Source: the human T2T-CHM13v2.0 reference genome, Homo sapiens. Taken from it: DNA of 64,000 nucleotides. Below, in pieces: positions 1 to 13,877 of the stretch. The notes beneath the pieces were generated by a model that worked only from the letters and a program-made list of their open reading frames with translations, did no database searches and was not told the origin of the DNA. Location of the stretch: the NCBI RefSeq assembly GCF_009914755.1, contig NC_060940.1; one strand, 5' to 3'. Positions within the stretch are counted from its first letter, which is position 1. Every line of letters starts with the position of its first letter. The translations under genes were made by a program, and so were the position numbers.

Positions 1-3000
1 TTGTAATCTTCAGACCAACTGCTGACTAAAAGTACAAGAAGGTATAGCAAAGGAGCCATAAAAGAAATTTAAATGGATCACTAAAGAAAAATTTCATGAA
101 CTCAAGGAAGAAAACAGAAAAGGAGAAACAGAAACAAAACTGATGGGATATATAGAAAAGAAATAGCAAAACAATAGATTTATACCCAAATACATCAATA
201 ATTACATTTAGTATACATTAATTAACATTCTAACTTAAAGGCAAAGATTTTCAGACTAGACAAAAGAATAAGACCCAGCTATACATTAATCCACAATACA
301 TGCACTATAAATGTAAATACAAAGATAAGAAGGGAGAAAAGATAATGTGGAAATAATGTAAGTGTAAGAAGCTGATATGACTGTATTAATATCAGATAAA
401 GTAGACTTCAAGACATGTCATGATATCAGATATAAAGAGGAACATTTCTTTAAACAGTCAGTGGGAAAACTTAGCAGCACTTAATGTTTATGTACGTAAT
501 ATCAGAACTTTGAAAACATGAAGCTAAAATTGAGAAAACTAAACAAAGAAATAAATAAAACATAATTGAGGATGGTAACACACCTTTCTTGGTAATTGAC
601 AGAACAATCAAACCAAAGATTAATAATATAGAAAATTTGAACATTGGTAACCACTTTTACTGAATTGACATTTATGGAACACTACCTCCAAAAATACCAG
701 CATATAATTTCAAGTACACATTTAATGCTTACCGACATAGACCAAATGCTGGGTCATAAAAAACCTCAATAAATACCAAAAGTTTGAAATATTACAGAGA
801 ATATTCTCTGAACACAATAAATTATATTAGAAATCAATAACAAATATATCTGATAAAAATCTACATATTTAGAAATCAAGCTATATACTTTAAAATAGTC
901 CTTGGGTCAAAAATATATTACAAGTGAAATTATAAAATGTTTTAAACTAAATGTAAACAAAATGCAATGTATCAAAATTGTAGGATGCAGTTAAAGCAGT
1001 GTTTGCAACTAAACCAATACATTTAAATACCTAGAAAAGAAGAAAGATTTAAAATTAATGATTTAAGTTTTTACCTTCAGTAGCTGGAAGAAGAACAAAT
1101 TAAACACAAAGTAAGTCAAAGAAAGGAAATAATAAAGATAAGAGCAATAATCAGTGAAATAGAAAACAAACCACATAGAAAATTAAAATCAAACATTTGT
1201 TTAATACATTAATAGAATACATTAATGGAATTGATAAATCCTTACCAAGACTGATAAGAAAACAACAAAGAAAATGCAAATTACCAGTATCAAGAATGAA
1301 ACAGCATATATCATTATAGGCTAAATGGCTAATAAGGGAACATTATTAACAACTTTATGCCAGTAAATTTGAAGCATACATGAAATGGACAAAAATCCAG
1401 TGTATCAAAAATAGACACAAGAACTAGAAAATATGAATAGCCCTTTATCTATGAAGGAATTTGAATTTATTTTGTATCCACACATATACATTTAAAGAAA
1501 ACGTTTCACCAAGATTATTTTACTAGTAAATTTTGTCAAACTTTTAAGAATACAATAAAATCACTCACACAAGCTCTTTCAGAAAGTAGAGAAGTGTGGA
1601 ACAGTACCTAACTAGTTTTATGGGGCTAACATTACCTTGATACCAAATCTGAAAAAGACATTATAAGAAAAGAAAATTATAGATCAATATTCCTCATGAT
1701 CATAGCTAAAAGAACTCTTAACAAAACATTAAAAGGTCAAATATGGCATTGTATAGAAAGGATGATACTGTGTATATCACTTCTAAATTTATCTTATATC
1801 AGGAATATAAGGTTGATTTAACATATAAAATTCCAATTTCAATGTAATTCACCATATAAGCAGAACATATGATAAAATGCATGTGATCATCTCAATAGAT
1901 GCAGAAATTTCATTAACTCACCTGACAAAATTCAATACCCACTAGTGATAAAAAAAGTTTCTTAGTAAAATAGGGATAAAGAGAAACTCTCTCCATCAGA
2001 TACAGGGCATCTACAAAACACCCACAATTAATATCATAGTGGTAAAATATTGAATCTGTTTCCTCAAAGGTTTGGAATAAGACAAATATCTTGTTCACCA
2101 CTTCTGTTCAACATTACACTAGGGATCCTAGCCAGTGCAATAAGATAAGAAAAAGAAATAAAAGACATTGATTAGAATGGAAAAAGTATAACTGTCCTAT
2201 TCACAAATGATATAGACTGTATATGAAGAACTTCCTAAGGAATCAACAGAACAACTAACTACTAGAACTAATAAGTGAACTTGGCCAGGTCATAGGATAA
2301 AAGATCAAAACTTAAAGTCAATCTTACATTTATATACTATAGGAGCAAACAATTGCAAAATGAAATCAAGTAATCTAATTTATAACAGCAATAAAATGAC
2401 ATTAAATACTTAGGAAAAACCATATAAGATCACTACACTGAAAACTACAAAATATTGCTGTGAGAAATTAATGAAGACTTACATAGAGAGATATACCATG
2501 TTTATGAATTGGAAGAATCAATATTATTAGGATGACAATTTCCTCCAAATTGATCTGTAGATTCATTTTGAAATCTCAGTAAAAATCCTAACAGGTTTTT
2601 GTGTATGTGTAGAAACTGACAATTCTAAAACTTATATGGAAATGCAGAGTATCTAAAATAGCCTTCAGAAAAATGAAGAAGAAGAATATGTGGGCAGACA
2701 CACACTACTTGATTTCAAGACTTACTTCATACCTGTAGTAAGTAAGGTGGTGGAGTATTGACAGAAGTATAGATCAACAGATCAATGCAACAGAAAGAAA
2801 ATCCATACATTAATATTCAATTGATTTTTTGCAAAGTTACCAAGAAAATTCATTGAGAAATGTCAAGTCTTTTGGTGCTGCAACAACTGGATAAATTTAT
2901 GGTTAAAAATGAACCTTGATCCATACTGCATACCACACAAAAAAAGTCATTTAAGATTGATCATAGATTGAAATGTAAAAGTGAAAATCATACAGCTTCT

Positions 3001-4075
3001 AGAAGAAAAAAATATAGAATATCTTCAAGACCTTGAGGTAAAGATTTTTTCAGAAGGACACAGAAAAGAATTAAACATAAAATAAAAATTAATAAATTAA
3101 ACTTCATCATAATTAAAATTACTTTAATCAAAAGATACCATTAAGAAAATGAGAAAGCCACAGAATGAGAGAAAATATTTTCAATGCATATATTGACAAA
3201 GGGCTTGTATACATTTATATAAGGAACTCTTGCAAATTGATAAGAAAAAGACTAACAAACCAGTAAAAATGGGCCAAAAAGACTTGAACAGACACTAATA
3301 TTAGAAGTTAAAGGAATGACCAATAAGTATATGAAAAATGTGTTCAACATTATTGTTCATCAAGGAAATGTGGATCAAAGCCACATGAGATATCCTTTTA
3401 TACCCACTTTAATGGCTAACATTAAATATTAAAAAATTGACCATACCATATGTTGGTGAGGATGTGGAGTAACAGGAACTCTCATACCTTGCTGGGGATG
3501 TAAACTGGTGAAGCCACTCTGGAAAACAGTTTTATAGTATTATACAAAGTTAAACATGCCCTATGACCCAATAATTTTATTTTTAGTGAAATGAAAATGT
3601 ATGGTCACACAGAGATTTGAACATTGATGTTCATATGAGGTATAATAGCTGAAAACTTATAATAGGCCAAATGCCCATGAACAAGTAAATAGATAGATCA
3701 TGATATATTCATACAATTGAATAGTACTCTCCAATTAAAAAGAGTAAATACTGATATATATGAAAATATGGTTGACTCTCAAAAATATGAAGTGATCAAG
3801 CCAGATATAAAAGGGTAAATAAATGCTAGTGATTTTATTTATATGAACATCTAGAGCAGGTAAAACTACAGTGAAAGAAAGCCTATCAGTGGTTGCTTAG
3901 GTTTGGGGAGGGTGTAGTAATTGCAAAGGGCAAAAGAAAACTTTTTGAGATGATGTAAATATCTTGATTGTGGTGGTCACTGCATAGGTATATGCATTTG
4001 AAAAACTCATAATCTATAAACTTAAAATAGGTGTTTTTTCTTTTATTTACATTGTACCTTAATAAAGTTTTTTTT
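1..4075 (+). mobile_element. Old L1M-type LINE (L1MC/MD/ME-like), decayed ORF2 through 3' UTR
   Basis: A-rich; degenerate endonuclease/RT/C-terminal L1 ORF2 sequence with many stops; old L1 3' UTR ending aataaag at 4061. Confidence 0.92.
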
Positions 4076-4079
4076 AAGT

Positions 4080-4695
4080 CTACCAAACCAAATGCAAGGA
4101 TGTACAGCAGCTGAAATTCTCCCACATTTCCACTGATACTTTTAAATGACACAACTTTGGAAAACTGGTGGTTTATTATAAAGTTAAATAACATCTATGA
4201 GCCAGCATTTCCACTGCTAGGTATTTACTTAAGAGAAATTAAAACATTCACATAAAGGCTTGTACAAGAATGTTCATAGTGGCTTTATTCATAATAGCCC
4301 ACAATTGGAAACAACCCAAATGTTCATCAGTAGGAGAATCAATAAACATATTGTCATATGGTCACATAGTGAAATAATACTCTGCAATTAAAAAGAATGA
4401 ATTACTGGTGTATGAAAAAACATAGTGGAATAAAAAATATTAAGTGGAAGAATGCATGATGTATGATTCCATTTATATGACATTTAAGAACAGATAAAGT
4501 TAAATTATGGCAATAGAAATCTAGCATTCGTTGCCTAAGAACATAGGGTTTGACTAGAAGAGACACAAGATGACTTTCTGGGAGTGGTAAATATGTTTTG
4601 TGTCTTAATTGCAGTGGTGGTTACATGAGTATATATTTATCAAAGCTCATTGAATTGTATACTTTAGATCTGTACATTTCCTTGTGTTACTGTTT
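4080..4695 (+). mobile_element. Second old L1 3'-end fragment (L1ME-like)
   Basis: Repeats ORF2 C-terminal motifs (ccagcatttccactgctaggtat, aattggaaacaacccaaatg) and a 3' UTR. Confidence 0.85.
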
Positions 4696-4874
4696 AATAT
4701 TCTAAAGATCAGATAATTAGAATATATTGGCATTTTTTCTAAATTATTTGATGGTGCTCAGAATCAGATAAGGGCCAGCAGAGACAGAAAAAGAAGCCTA
4801 CTATTTGAGTAATATAATCAGCTTATAGAAAAAAAGGCAATGTGTCATACATAAGCACAGTCTATTTTACTCAA

Positions 4875-5102
4875 AAGGCAGTACAGTAAAAGAATTAAGA
4901 GCACAAACTTTATAACCAAACTAAGTTCAAATCCTGGTTCTACCACTTGTGATCTTAAACAATTTAACTCCCTCTGTGTTACTCCTTTCTGGTATGTAAA
5001 ACTTGAAACTTAAGGTTGTAAGAACTAAATAAGTTACTACACGCCAAGTGCTTAGAATGGCTGGTGTATTACATAGTAAGCATCCATGTATTATTTGCTA
5101 TT
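4875..5102 (+). mobile_element. MIR SINE
   Basis: agttcaaatcctggttctaccact ... aagtgcttagaatgg ... catagtaagc. Confidence 0.75.
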
Positions 5103-5309
5103 CTTTTTAATTTACTTTTCATTTCTTCTTCTTATTTATTTTTACTTTCTCATCTATCTCCTTATTGTTATTAGTTATAAAGTTCTGGCAGGTATATAAA
5201 ACAATGTATTTACTTCGTCACACTCTGATGCCTTCACTTTTCTACCTAAAGCTCTCAAAAAGCAATTTCCCCTTCTTACCTTGCTAGCTCCTGCTTACTG
5301 CAAGATTGT

Positions 5310-5557
5310 TCAGGCTATAACTCCTCCAGGAAGCTTTCCCTGGCTGCTAAATCATATACACCTTTTCTTTGTTCCCCCAGCATTCTCTATTCACTTTCAT
5401 TGGTATGCAGATCATTTGTCTTACGGTTTTCTTCAGTGTTTCTCTTGCTACACAGTAGGCTTTGTGAAGTCAGATATAATTTGTTATTTTTCTTTGTGCT
5501 TAAATCCTTGTCTGGTACAGGCTAGTAGTCAATTCATCCTTGACTGAATGCATGAAC
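5310..5557 (+). mobile_element. L2 3'-end fragment
   Basis: ccaggaagctttccctg ... tgactgaatgcatgaa terminus. Confidence 0.55.
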
Positions 5558-5648
5558 ACCATAAAACTTTCCTATTACATGTTTCTGTTTGATAGCCATG
5601 AATTAAAATAATGTCCATTCATTTATTTTTACCAACTTTGACTTTCAG

Positions 5649-5788
5649 ATTGTCCTTCTTGGGATTATCTTGCTTCCAATTCGTGTCTTATTGGTTGCGT
5701 TAATTTTATTACTTGCATGGCCATTTGCTGCAATTTCAACAGTATGCTGTCCTGAAAAGCTGACCCACCCAATAACTGGTTGGAGGAG
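5649..5788 (+). CDS. LPCAT2: LPCAT2 exon 2, hydrophobic membrane segment IVLLGIILLPIRVLLVALILLLAWPFAAISTVCCPEKLTHPITGWR
   Basis: tttcag|ATT acceptor, AG|gtaaga donor, 140 nt. Confidence 0.97.
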
Positions 5789-7387
5789 GTAAGAAATAAT
5801 TTTGTCCAAAATATTAGGACATAATATTAAATTAAGATATACTAAATCAATATAAGAAGAGTTCATCATAGTTTAGTCAGTGATCTAACTGCTGTTAGAT
5901 AAAACTATTTTATCTGCCTACTCAATAATAAATTTTACAGTTTTATCTGCCTACTCAATAATAAATAATTTATTTTTATTTCTCATATGAAATACGTAGA
6001 AATTACTGCCCAAATGCCAACTACATTATGATAATCTTCTAAAAGTTATAATTGCCTAATGTTAAAATATTTTGTTTTCTGAGTTATTGCCAAATGCGAT
6101 ACATCCCTAGTTCGGAAAGATACCCAACTACTATACTTGAAACCACTGAAGCTACAAAATACCTTGCTCTCAGTTTTCACATTTGCTTTTCTCCCTCTAC
6201 AGCTTTCTGCAGTGGCATAAGTGGATTAGTTATACTATTTTTATTAATTACTTTAGTAGTAATTTCTATTAAAACAATTATTAATAACAATTATTAACCA
6301 GTACAGTCTTGTTATTTTAAACATTAGCATGAGGCAGAATGGAACTGCTTTTCAGGCATTATCTAATTAAGATGGTAATAGAGGAGAAACTGATCATGAG
6401 TTGACAAAGCTACTGGTAAAAGTTTATTCTTATTGAACAGAACCAAATTGTTGTGATCTGTATGCCTTAAAAGTGCAGCCTCTTATGTGGACTCCATGGA
6501 TTCCATGTGAATTCCAAATCTGTAGATGGGTTTCAGGGCATTGTCAAACCTTTTGAAATTGTTGCCAAATTTTTATATATAAGGATATTTTTGTATTTAA
6601 ATCTCAAATGTGAGTGCATCCTCCAAAAATTTTGAGAAAGACTGTTCTAGAAACTTTTAAAGAAATACATAGTTTGCTGTTCAGTTCATGTTCCAGTGAA
6701 CAAATTTCACTATCAAAGTGGAAATGAATTCAATGCTGGCAATGCCCCAGAGAAATCTCAGTTCTTGCAAATCATACTCCTTTGTTTTAAACTCAAGGTT
6801 GTGTAGTATAAAACAATGCTTCAAGGAACGTTTTTATGACTCACCAATTCTTTTCAGATTACCTCTTTGATTTTTATTGTCGGTGGCTTATGAAAACCTA
6901 GGATGATAGAAGGAATAGTCTAAATAATCCAGACAATAGATATAATAAATGTTAGAAAAGAAAGTTTTACTTTTGTCAATTAAACTAGTATCTCTTTCTC
7001 CTCTCAAACAGGTAACGTTGAAGTTATTATGTGGGACCAGACTTAGAGCCATTCTTTAAACATGTTAAATAAGAGTGTTTAATGGCTCAGAATATGGGAT
7101 AAATATAGTTATCAGAAGCTATATCACTATGGATAAAAAATAAGAGGTGTGGAAATTTGATAAAGGAATACACTTCATATCATTACATGAGTAGAAATCT
7201 CATCTCTAAACTAAAGAAGAAAGGGAGGTACAGTTTCTGTGCCCTCTGGGAAAGTATTGTGGTTTTCTTTACCTCCTTCTTGTGAAATAAAAGTCGCAGA
7301 AACTTCTTCGGAACTAGTTGCTAATAGCTCCTCAGTATATTATTACAAAAATGTGGAGAAAATTAGATGAGAATCCTATTTTTAAAA

Positions 7388-7691
<304 letters not shown>

Positions 7692-8199
7692 CTATATGCT
7701 TATTCACATACTGAGATATCCCTCCTGTGTTTGCACTTCTAGGAATACATTTTTGTTTCCCTACTCAATTGGATCTTACTTGTCTTGTGTGTCTGGCATA
7801 GTTCCTGACACAGTTTGATAAATTAACTAATCTATAATGGCAGAATCTTTTTTAAAGGTTTTTTAAAAAAGTAGTTTCTGGAATTGCTTAAGTGCATCTC
7901 TGTTCCAGGGAAGTGAGATGTTGAACTCACTTCTGATGATTGTTGATGATATCTAAAAACTGTAACAATACGGATTACAAGACTTTTAAAAAAATTCCTA
8001 AAATAATTCTGAGAACAGTTTCAGTGTGAGAGCTCCAAAAGTGTTTTAGGAGATAGTAGCATCTTCATTACACAAATGTGGATTCCCAAGATAACCACTT
8101 TGAAGGACAATACTGATTTGGATATCTCAGTAGGGGATGTGTGTTGAGAATTCATGTTTAACACTTTATAGTCTCAGAATGATGGAGCTGTTTCTTAGC

Positions 8200-8392
8200 C
8201 ACACATACCCTTGGGTGAATTAACTTCTCTGTGCCTCAGTTTTCTCATCTATAAAATGGGAGTAATAATTTCAAAATACCTACTTCAAAAGATTAGGCTG
8301 AGGATTAAAGAGATTAATCTATATATAAAGCATTTAGAATAGTGCCTAGCACCTGGCAGAAACAGCTCCATGTAAGTGTTAGCTGTTATTCT
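8200..8392 (+). mobile_element. MIR SINE
   Basis: Core ctctgtgcctcagttttctcatctataaaatggg. Confidence 0.9.
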
Positions 8393-8517
8393 CCTCAGCT
8401 CATATTTTCATATGAAATACTCTGACATGTTTTGGTTTTCTTATTGTATTATAGAGTAAAACCCTGCTGCTAGCTTTAATTAACAAAGCTAATTACATCT
8501 TTTCTATATTTTCAAAG

Positions 8518-8735
8518 GAAAATTACTCAAACAGCTTTGAAATTTCTGGGTCGTGCTATGTTCTTTTCAATGGGATTTATAGTTGCTGTAAAAGGAAAGA
8601 TTGCAAGTCCTTTGGAAGCACCAGTTTTTGTTGCTGCCCCTCATTCAACATTCTTTGATGGAATTGCCTGTGTTGTAGCTGGGTTACCTTCTATAGTATC
8701 TCGAAATGAGAATGCACAAGTCCCTCTGATTGGCA
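8518..8735 (+). CDS. LPCAT2: LPCAT2 exon 3, contains catalytic HxxxxD motif (HSTFFD)
   Basis: ttcaaag|G acceptor, CA|gtaagt donor, 218 nt; overlaps ORF 8537..8749. Confidence 0.98.
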
Positions 8736-9975
8736 GTAAGTACTTGTAAGGTAACGTAGATAAAATATTTTCATGCTCATGCTTTAAATTAAAATAATCA
8801 TATATAGTTCATTGATAACCTTTTTAAAAAGTTTAAAATAAACATTTCAAACATATTTACTTTATTGTAATAAGTTACTACATGGAAATAGTATATTTAT
8901 GAAAAAAGATTAGAGACTTCCCTTTTATAGCTTCATAACTCTTTAAAACTTTTTATCACTATGTCATTGTCTTTCTGTTCTTATATATAGCCAGAAAGAC
9001 TAGTTTTCAGATACTATCCATGCCTGATTTGAGAGAATTTAATCCATGTTTGATTTGAGAGAATCTATGAAAACACAGGTATATGCTGTTTGATGAATTT
9101 ATCTTCAGGATATTAGGCTGCTAAATGCAGTAAGTGATTTCTCCTTACTCTGTTTTCTTCATTATTGCCCCCCAAATCTCCATGAGGGACCTATGTGTAG
9201 CTCTTTGAAAATTATGATGTGGGACAATAGGTACTTCCTGCCATAAAAAATAATGACGCAAGTGAAGTGTTTTTCCTACCAGATGCTTTGGTCTCCCTCA
9301 AGAATTGTCTCCAAGTAACTACTCCCTGTTGTCCCAAGTTTATTGCAAACATCAGATGATGAGAGAGTGTGAAAGTTCCCTGATGTTGCCTCAGTGCTCT
9401 GGAGAAGTAATAGTAGTTCTTGCAGCTTTGTCATTCAGCTAAGACATTTTTTTTTTAATGTAACTACCATGCTTTGTGTAATATGGCTTTTTCCTGAAAA
9501 ATTGTGTAGCAATAGATCTTTGGTAAATTGAAGTTGATTTTTCGTGTGTTAGGAAGCTATTTTAAAAAAATGTTCTACTGAAAATTGCAGTATTATGAGT
9601 AATGGTTACTCCTACTTATGTGTACTGTGAATTCACGTAATCAGTTTTCAAGGTATTCCTAAAATAAAACAATAATCTTGTAGCATATCCCAAAGGTTTA
9701 ATGTCAATTGAGGAAGAAGACCTTTAGGGAGAAAATTACATTTGCTTCCTTTTGTATTTTTGCTGCTTAGTTCTGTTAAATTAATGAAATGTTTTTAGTT
9801 GTAAATATCCACTTCTTTCAAAATTAGAAGCTAAGTTCTAATAAATTGTTTTTTAATTGTTCTCTTTGATTTACTCATTTAAATTTTCCATACAATATGT
9901 TATATATCCAGTATTATTGCTGTGGTTGCTTTAGCCAAAAAATGGCTTGCCTGTAACTTTTCATTTGTTTTAAAG

Positions 9976-10088
9976 GACTGTTACGGGCTGTGCAACCAGT
10001 TTTGGTGTCCCGTGTAGATCCGGATTCCCGAAAAAACACAATAAATGAAATAATAAAGCGAACAACATCAGGAGGAGAATGGCCCCAG
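9976..10088 (+). CDS. LPCAT2: LPCAT2 exon 4 (LLRAVQPVLVSRVDPDSRKNTINEIIKRTTSGGEWPQ)
   Basis: ttttaaag|GA acceptor, CAG|gtaaaa donor, 113 nt. Confidence 0.97.
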
Positions 10089-10537
10089 GTAAAACATGGT
10101 AGATGTTAATTTAAATATAGTGGGAGTTTATTAATTGTATGTATGTAGACTTACTCATTTGGATCCACAGATAGCAATATCTGTGGACACCTATACTAGG
10201 TATTGTTAGCATAATAGATGCAGAGTAAATACAGTAGCAAGTATTAAGAAGTCCTCTTCCCCATGAGATACTCTATGGAATTAAATGTATTATTCTTTTT
10301 TATTCTCCAAACTCTTTGAACCAATTTTCTCTTTGTGTTACAAAAATTTGATTCTCTAACTCTAAATTTAATTACCACTTTATAGATGAGATAGGGGATA
10401 CCTTAGTATCTATTACCATTATACTAAAGTATCTCCTATTTCATATTTTAGAAGCTTAATTATATAAGCTCAGTTATACTCAATATTGTGGTGGGTAAGT
10501 GATTAAGATCTTTAATCTCACCTGAAGTATATTTAGA

Positions 10538-10716
10538 TAGTGCTTTTCAGTTCAAGGGGCATATCAAAATCACCTGTAGAACCTTTTTTCAAACTTTACC
10601 ATCTCACCACTCCCTTCCCTGGAATGCGGGGGTGGGGGGGGGTAACATTTACTGCAAAATAAGCCAAGGGTGATTCTAATAGTCACTCCTTTATCTTTGC
10701 CCAGTTGAAAACAACT
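10538..10716. mobile_element. MER5-like hAT element with internal G-run (10628-10642)
   Basis: catatcaaaatcacctg ... ggtgattctaat MER5 hallmarks. Confidence 0.6.
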
Positions 10717-10949
10717 CATCTCTAGCAGACTAATAGTCCTACAGTTATCTAGCCACACATGATGACATGAAGATGTTAAAGTCCAAGAGAAAGTATGTGA
10801 CCAAACAGGTTGTTTTAGAAACCAAAGCATGTAAGGAGTGATTAAAAAGAGGATTGAGAATAGGTGGCATTGGGAGTAGGGTTTGATTTTTCTCTGTGGA
10901 TCCAAAGACTATATCTAGGACTGGTAGATGGGAGATAACAAATATATAA

Positions 10950-11135
10950 ATTTCAGCTCATTTTGCTCATCTTGAGGAACAACTTTCTGTCCAGAAGTGG
11001 AATGGTCTGATGTGGAATCCTTTTTTAGAATTTTCAGGCATTGGCTGAACTACCACTATTGTAGAAAGAAATCAAGCATTAGATATGCTAGGTGACTTTT
11101 AATGGCCCTTCCAGCTCTGAGATTTTACGATTCAC
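10950..11135 (+). mobile_element. CR1/L3 3' end (or MIR3 tail)
   Basis: ggcccttccagctctgagattttacgattc terminus. Confidence 0.55.
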
Positions 11136-12053
11136 TGTATACCCATTAATCGTTAGTAGTTTAGTTGTTGAATTTTCACTGAATAAAATATATTTGATAT
11201 TGTATCCCGTTGTCATAGGAAACCCACTTTTAAACTGGAGAATGGAATTATATCCTTTCATAATTTTTATTTTATAAATAACCTGTTATTGTGGCAATGT
11301 AGCCCAATAATATTTTCCCTATCTAATTATCATAAAAACACTTTGCTAACTGCTGTGAGTGCAGGATGTTACTTTATTTTATTTTATTCACTTAGCAATT
11401 TATTCATGGCTAAATTTTAAAAGCATCAGAAAATTAAGTTGCTATTTTACTTAATGGGGAAACTAACGTACTGCATATCTTTTACTTTGAAAACATGAAG
11501 AAGTATGTTAAAAGCTAAAAACACTGCCTCAAAAAGAAAAAAGATATTAAGTTGTATTCCATATGTCAACTAATTCAAGTAAACATGAAGCACATTGTAC
11601 ACATATCTTTTTTCCTTTGTCCTCAAGACATGCCTGAACTATATGTTGTGGGAGTAAATATTAATGGGAAAACTGAAACAAAGTTGGAAATTATTTGGTT
11701 AAGGATATATAGCAGAAGAAAGAATTTAATGTAGCCTAATGCACACTTTGACCATGAATTATGCTCTACATCTTTTAAGTTTATTCAGATCATTAGTTTT
11801 ATCATTAAGAGACATTTGTTAAGTATATTCTTTATTCAAAGCTTAAATCCATTTTCTAATTAAATTAGACAACACTTTCTTTACAAGAAAATTGAATAAT
11901 CTGATAGTAGCTTTCATTAGAATCAAATGTTAGCCTTTTATTTTGTTTTTGTTTTTTAAGCATTGGCAGCTGTTTGTGAAGTCATAAGAAAGCGAGTAAA
12001 GAGGTAATTTATTAATTAGATTGAAATATTAAATCTATTCCTTTTTTCCCAAG

Positions 12054-12114
12054 ATACTAGTTTTCCCAGAAGGTACTTGTACTAATCGTTCCTGTTTGAT
12101 TACTTTTAAACCAG
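12054..12114 (+). CDS. LPCAT2: LPCAT2 exon 5 (ILVFPEGTCTNRSCLITFKP), FPEGT acyltransferase motif
   Basis: ttcccaag|ATA acceptor, CAG|gtgaga donor, 61 nt. Confidence 0.97.
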
Positions 12115-12964
12115 GTGAGAAAAATTAAATTATGTATTCTAACAAAGTAATATGTGAGATTTTGCAAATGATTTTATAGAAATACACAAAATAACTCTTT
12201 AGCTTGCTCTGAGCATTTTTTTCTTTTCTGATAGCAACTTTTTAACGTTGTGGATCCACAGAACTTACTGCTTTGCTTTCTCTTTTGGGGTCATAATTCC
12301 TCTCCCCTTGGAGTGTCCACTCCATGCATGTGCACTTAGGATGTGTGGCTGTGTGTGTGTTTGGGAACCCTCACGGACACATAAGGTTCTATGTCATCAA
12401 GTAGAAAACCTATCTCATTATCATTATAATGTCTTCAGATGCTTTCTAAGGTTCACCTCTTTTTTAACATTAGAAGTCAGTGAATGCAGCTTTCATTATA
12501 ATTTTTAATACTTTAAAATGTTTTTGTATTAGCTGCCAGAATGCTCAGCAGCAAAGTTATGACTCACTTCTAGCAAGTGTGGTAGTTCTTGCTTCAAGCA
12601 TTTGGTTTCATGTAGCTTTTCTTCTTATTTTTTCTTTGTCTTGATTTTATCATTACTTAAAACAATTCTGTTGAATATTAACACTTGGAAAATGAAAAAA
12701 AGTGGAGAAATAAATCAATGAATAAACAAATATTTTAAGTGGCATAGGCACAGCATTTAATATTTTGCTTCAGTAGTTCTTAATTAAAAAAAAAAAAATC
12801 CCTCATTTTGGTAAGCACTAGGGATTTACCAACATTTAGCAAATGATTTCTGTTACACATACTCTTAAAATATTCAGTCTATTTATACTATTTATTAATT
12901 TTCTCTTTATCATAAAACTTTTATTCACATAAAAACACATTATAAACTTTCAATGTGGTTGCAG

Positions 12965-13023
12965 GAGCCTTCATTCCAGGAGTTCCAGTGCAGCCAGTCC
13001 TCCTCAGATACCCAAACAAGCTG
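12965..13023 (+). CDS. LPCAT2: LPCAT2 exon 6 ([20 protein letters not shown])
   Basis: ttgcag|GA acceptor, CTG|gtaagc donor, 59 nt. Confidence 0.96.
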
Positions 13024-13530
13024 GTAAGCACAGTATTTTACCACAGGAAGAATTTCAGTATTCCAAGTAGCACAGATTCTCTGGGACCCCTTTTAATATA
13101 TAAATAAGGTTGTGAACAGATAAATGGTGGAAGCAAATGGGAGAGCTCATTCTGCTCGCCACATCTAGTTTTTAAAATTTTGCAAGATAGGCACATATCC
13201 ATTGATACCAATATTAAATATTATTTTGCTATTACTGAACTTCAGGAAGATATTTTCTTAGCCTTTACTCTGTTGTCACCATGTTGGTGTGATTAATTCC
13301 CAGATTAGGGTCTCATTAGAATGAATAGTTAAAAATCTGTGATTTTCATTAACTCTAGAAAGAAATTTTTCCTGACTCAGTGGTCATTACTAGTGAAGAA
13401 GTATTGAAATAGCAGGATAAATATTAAAGAGGCTTGGTCTTTCATTACTGCCTCAGTACTTACTAATTGTGTGAGCCTTGGTAGTAAGTAACTTAATTAA
13501 ATAAGAAAATACCTGAGAAAACTTAACATC

Positions 13531-13877
<347 letters not shown>

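Noticed and set aside
6991-7017. Pyrimidine tract + CAG|GTAACG recursive-splice-like site
   Set aside because: Intron 2 is only 2.7 kb and the donor lacks +5G; likely chance.
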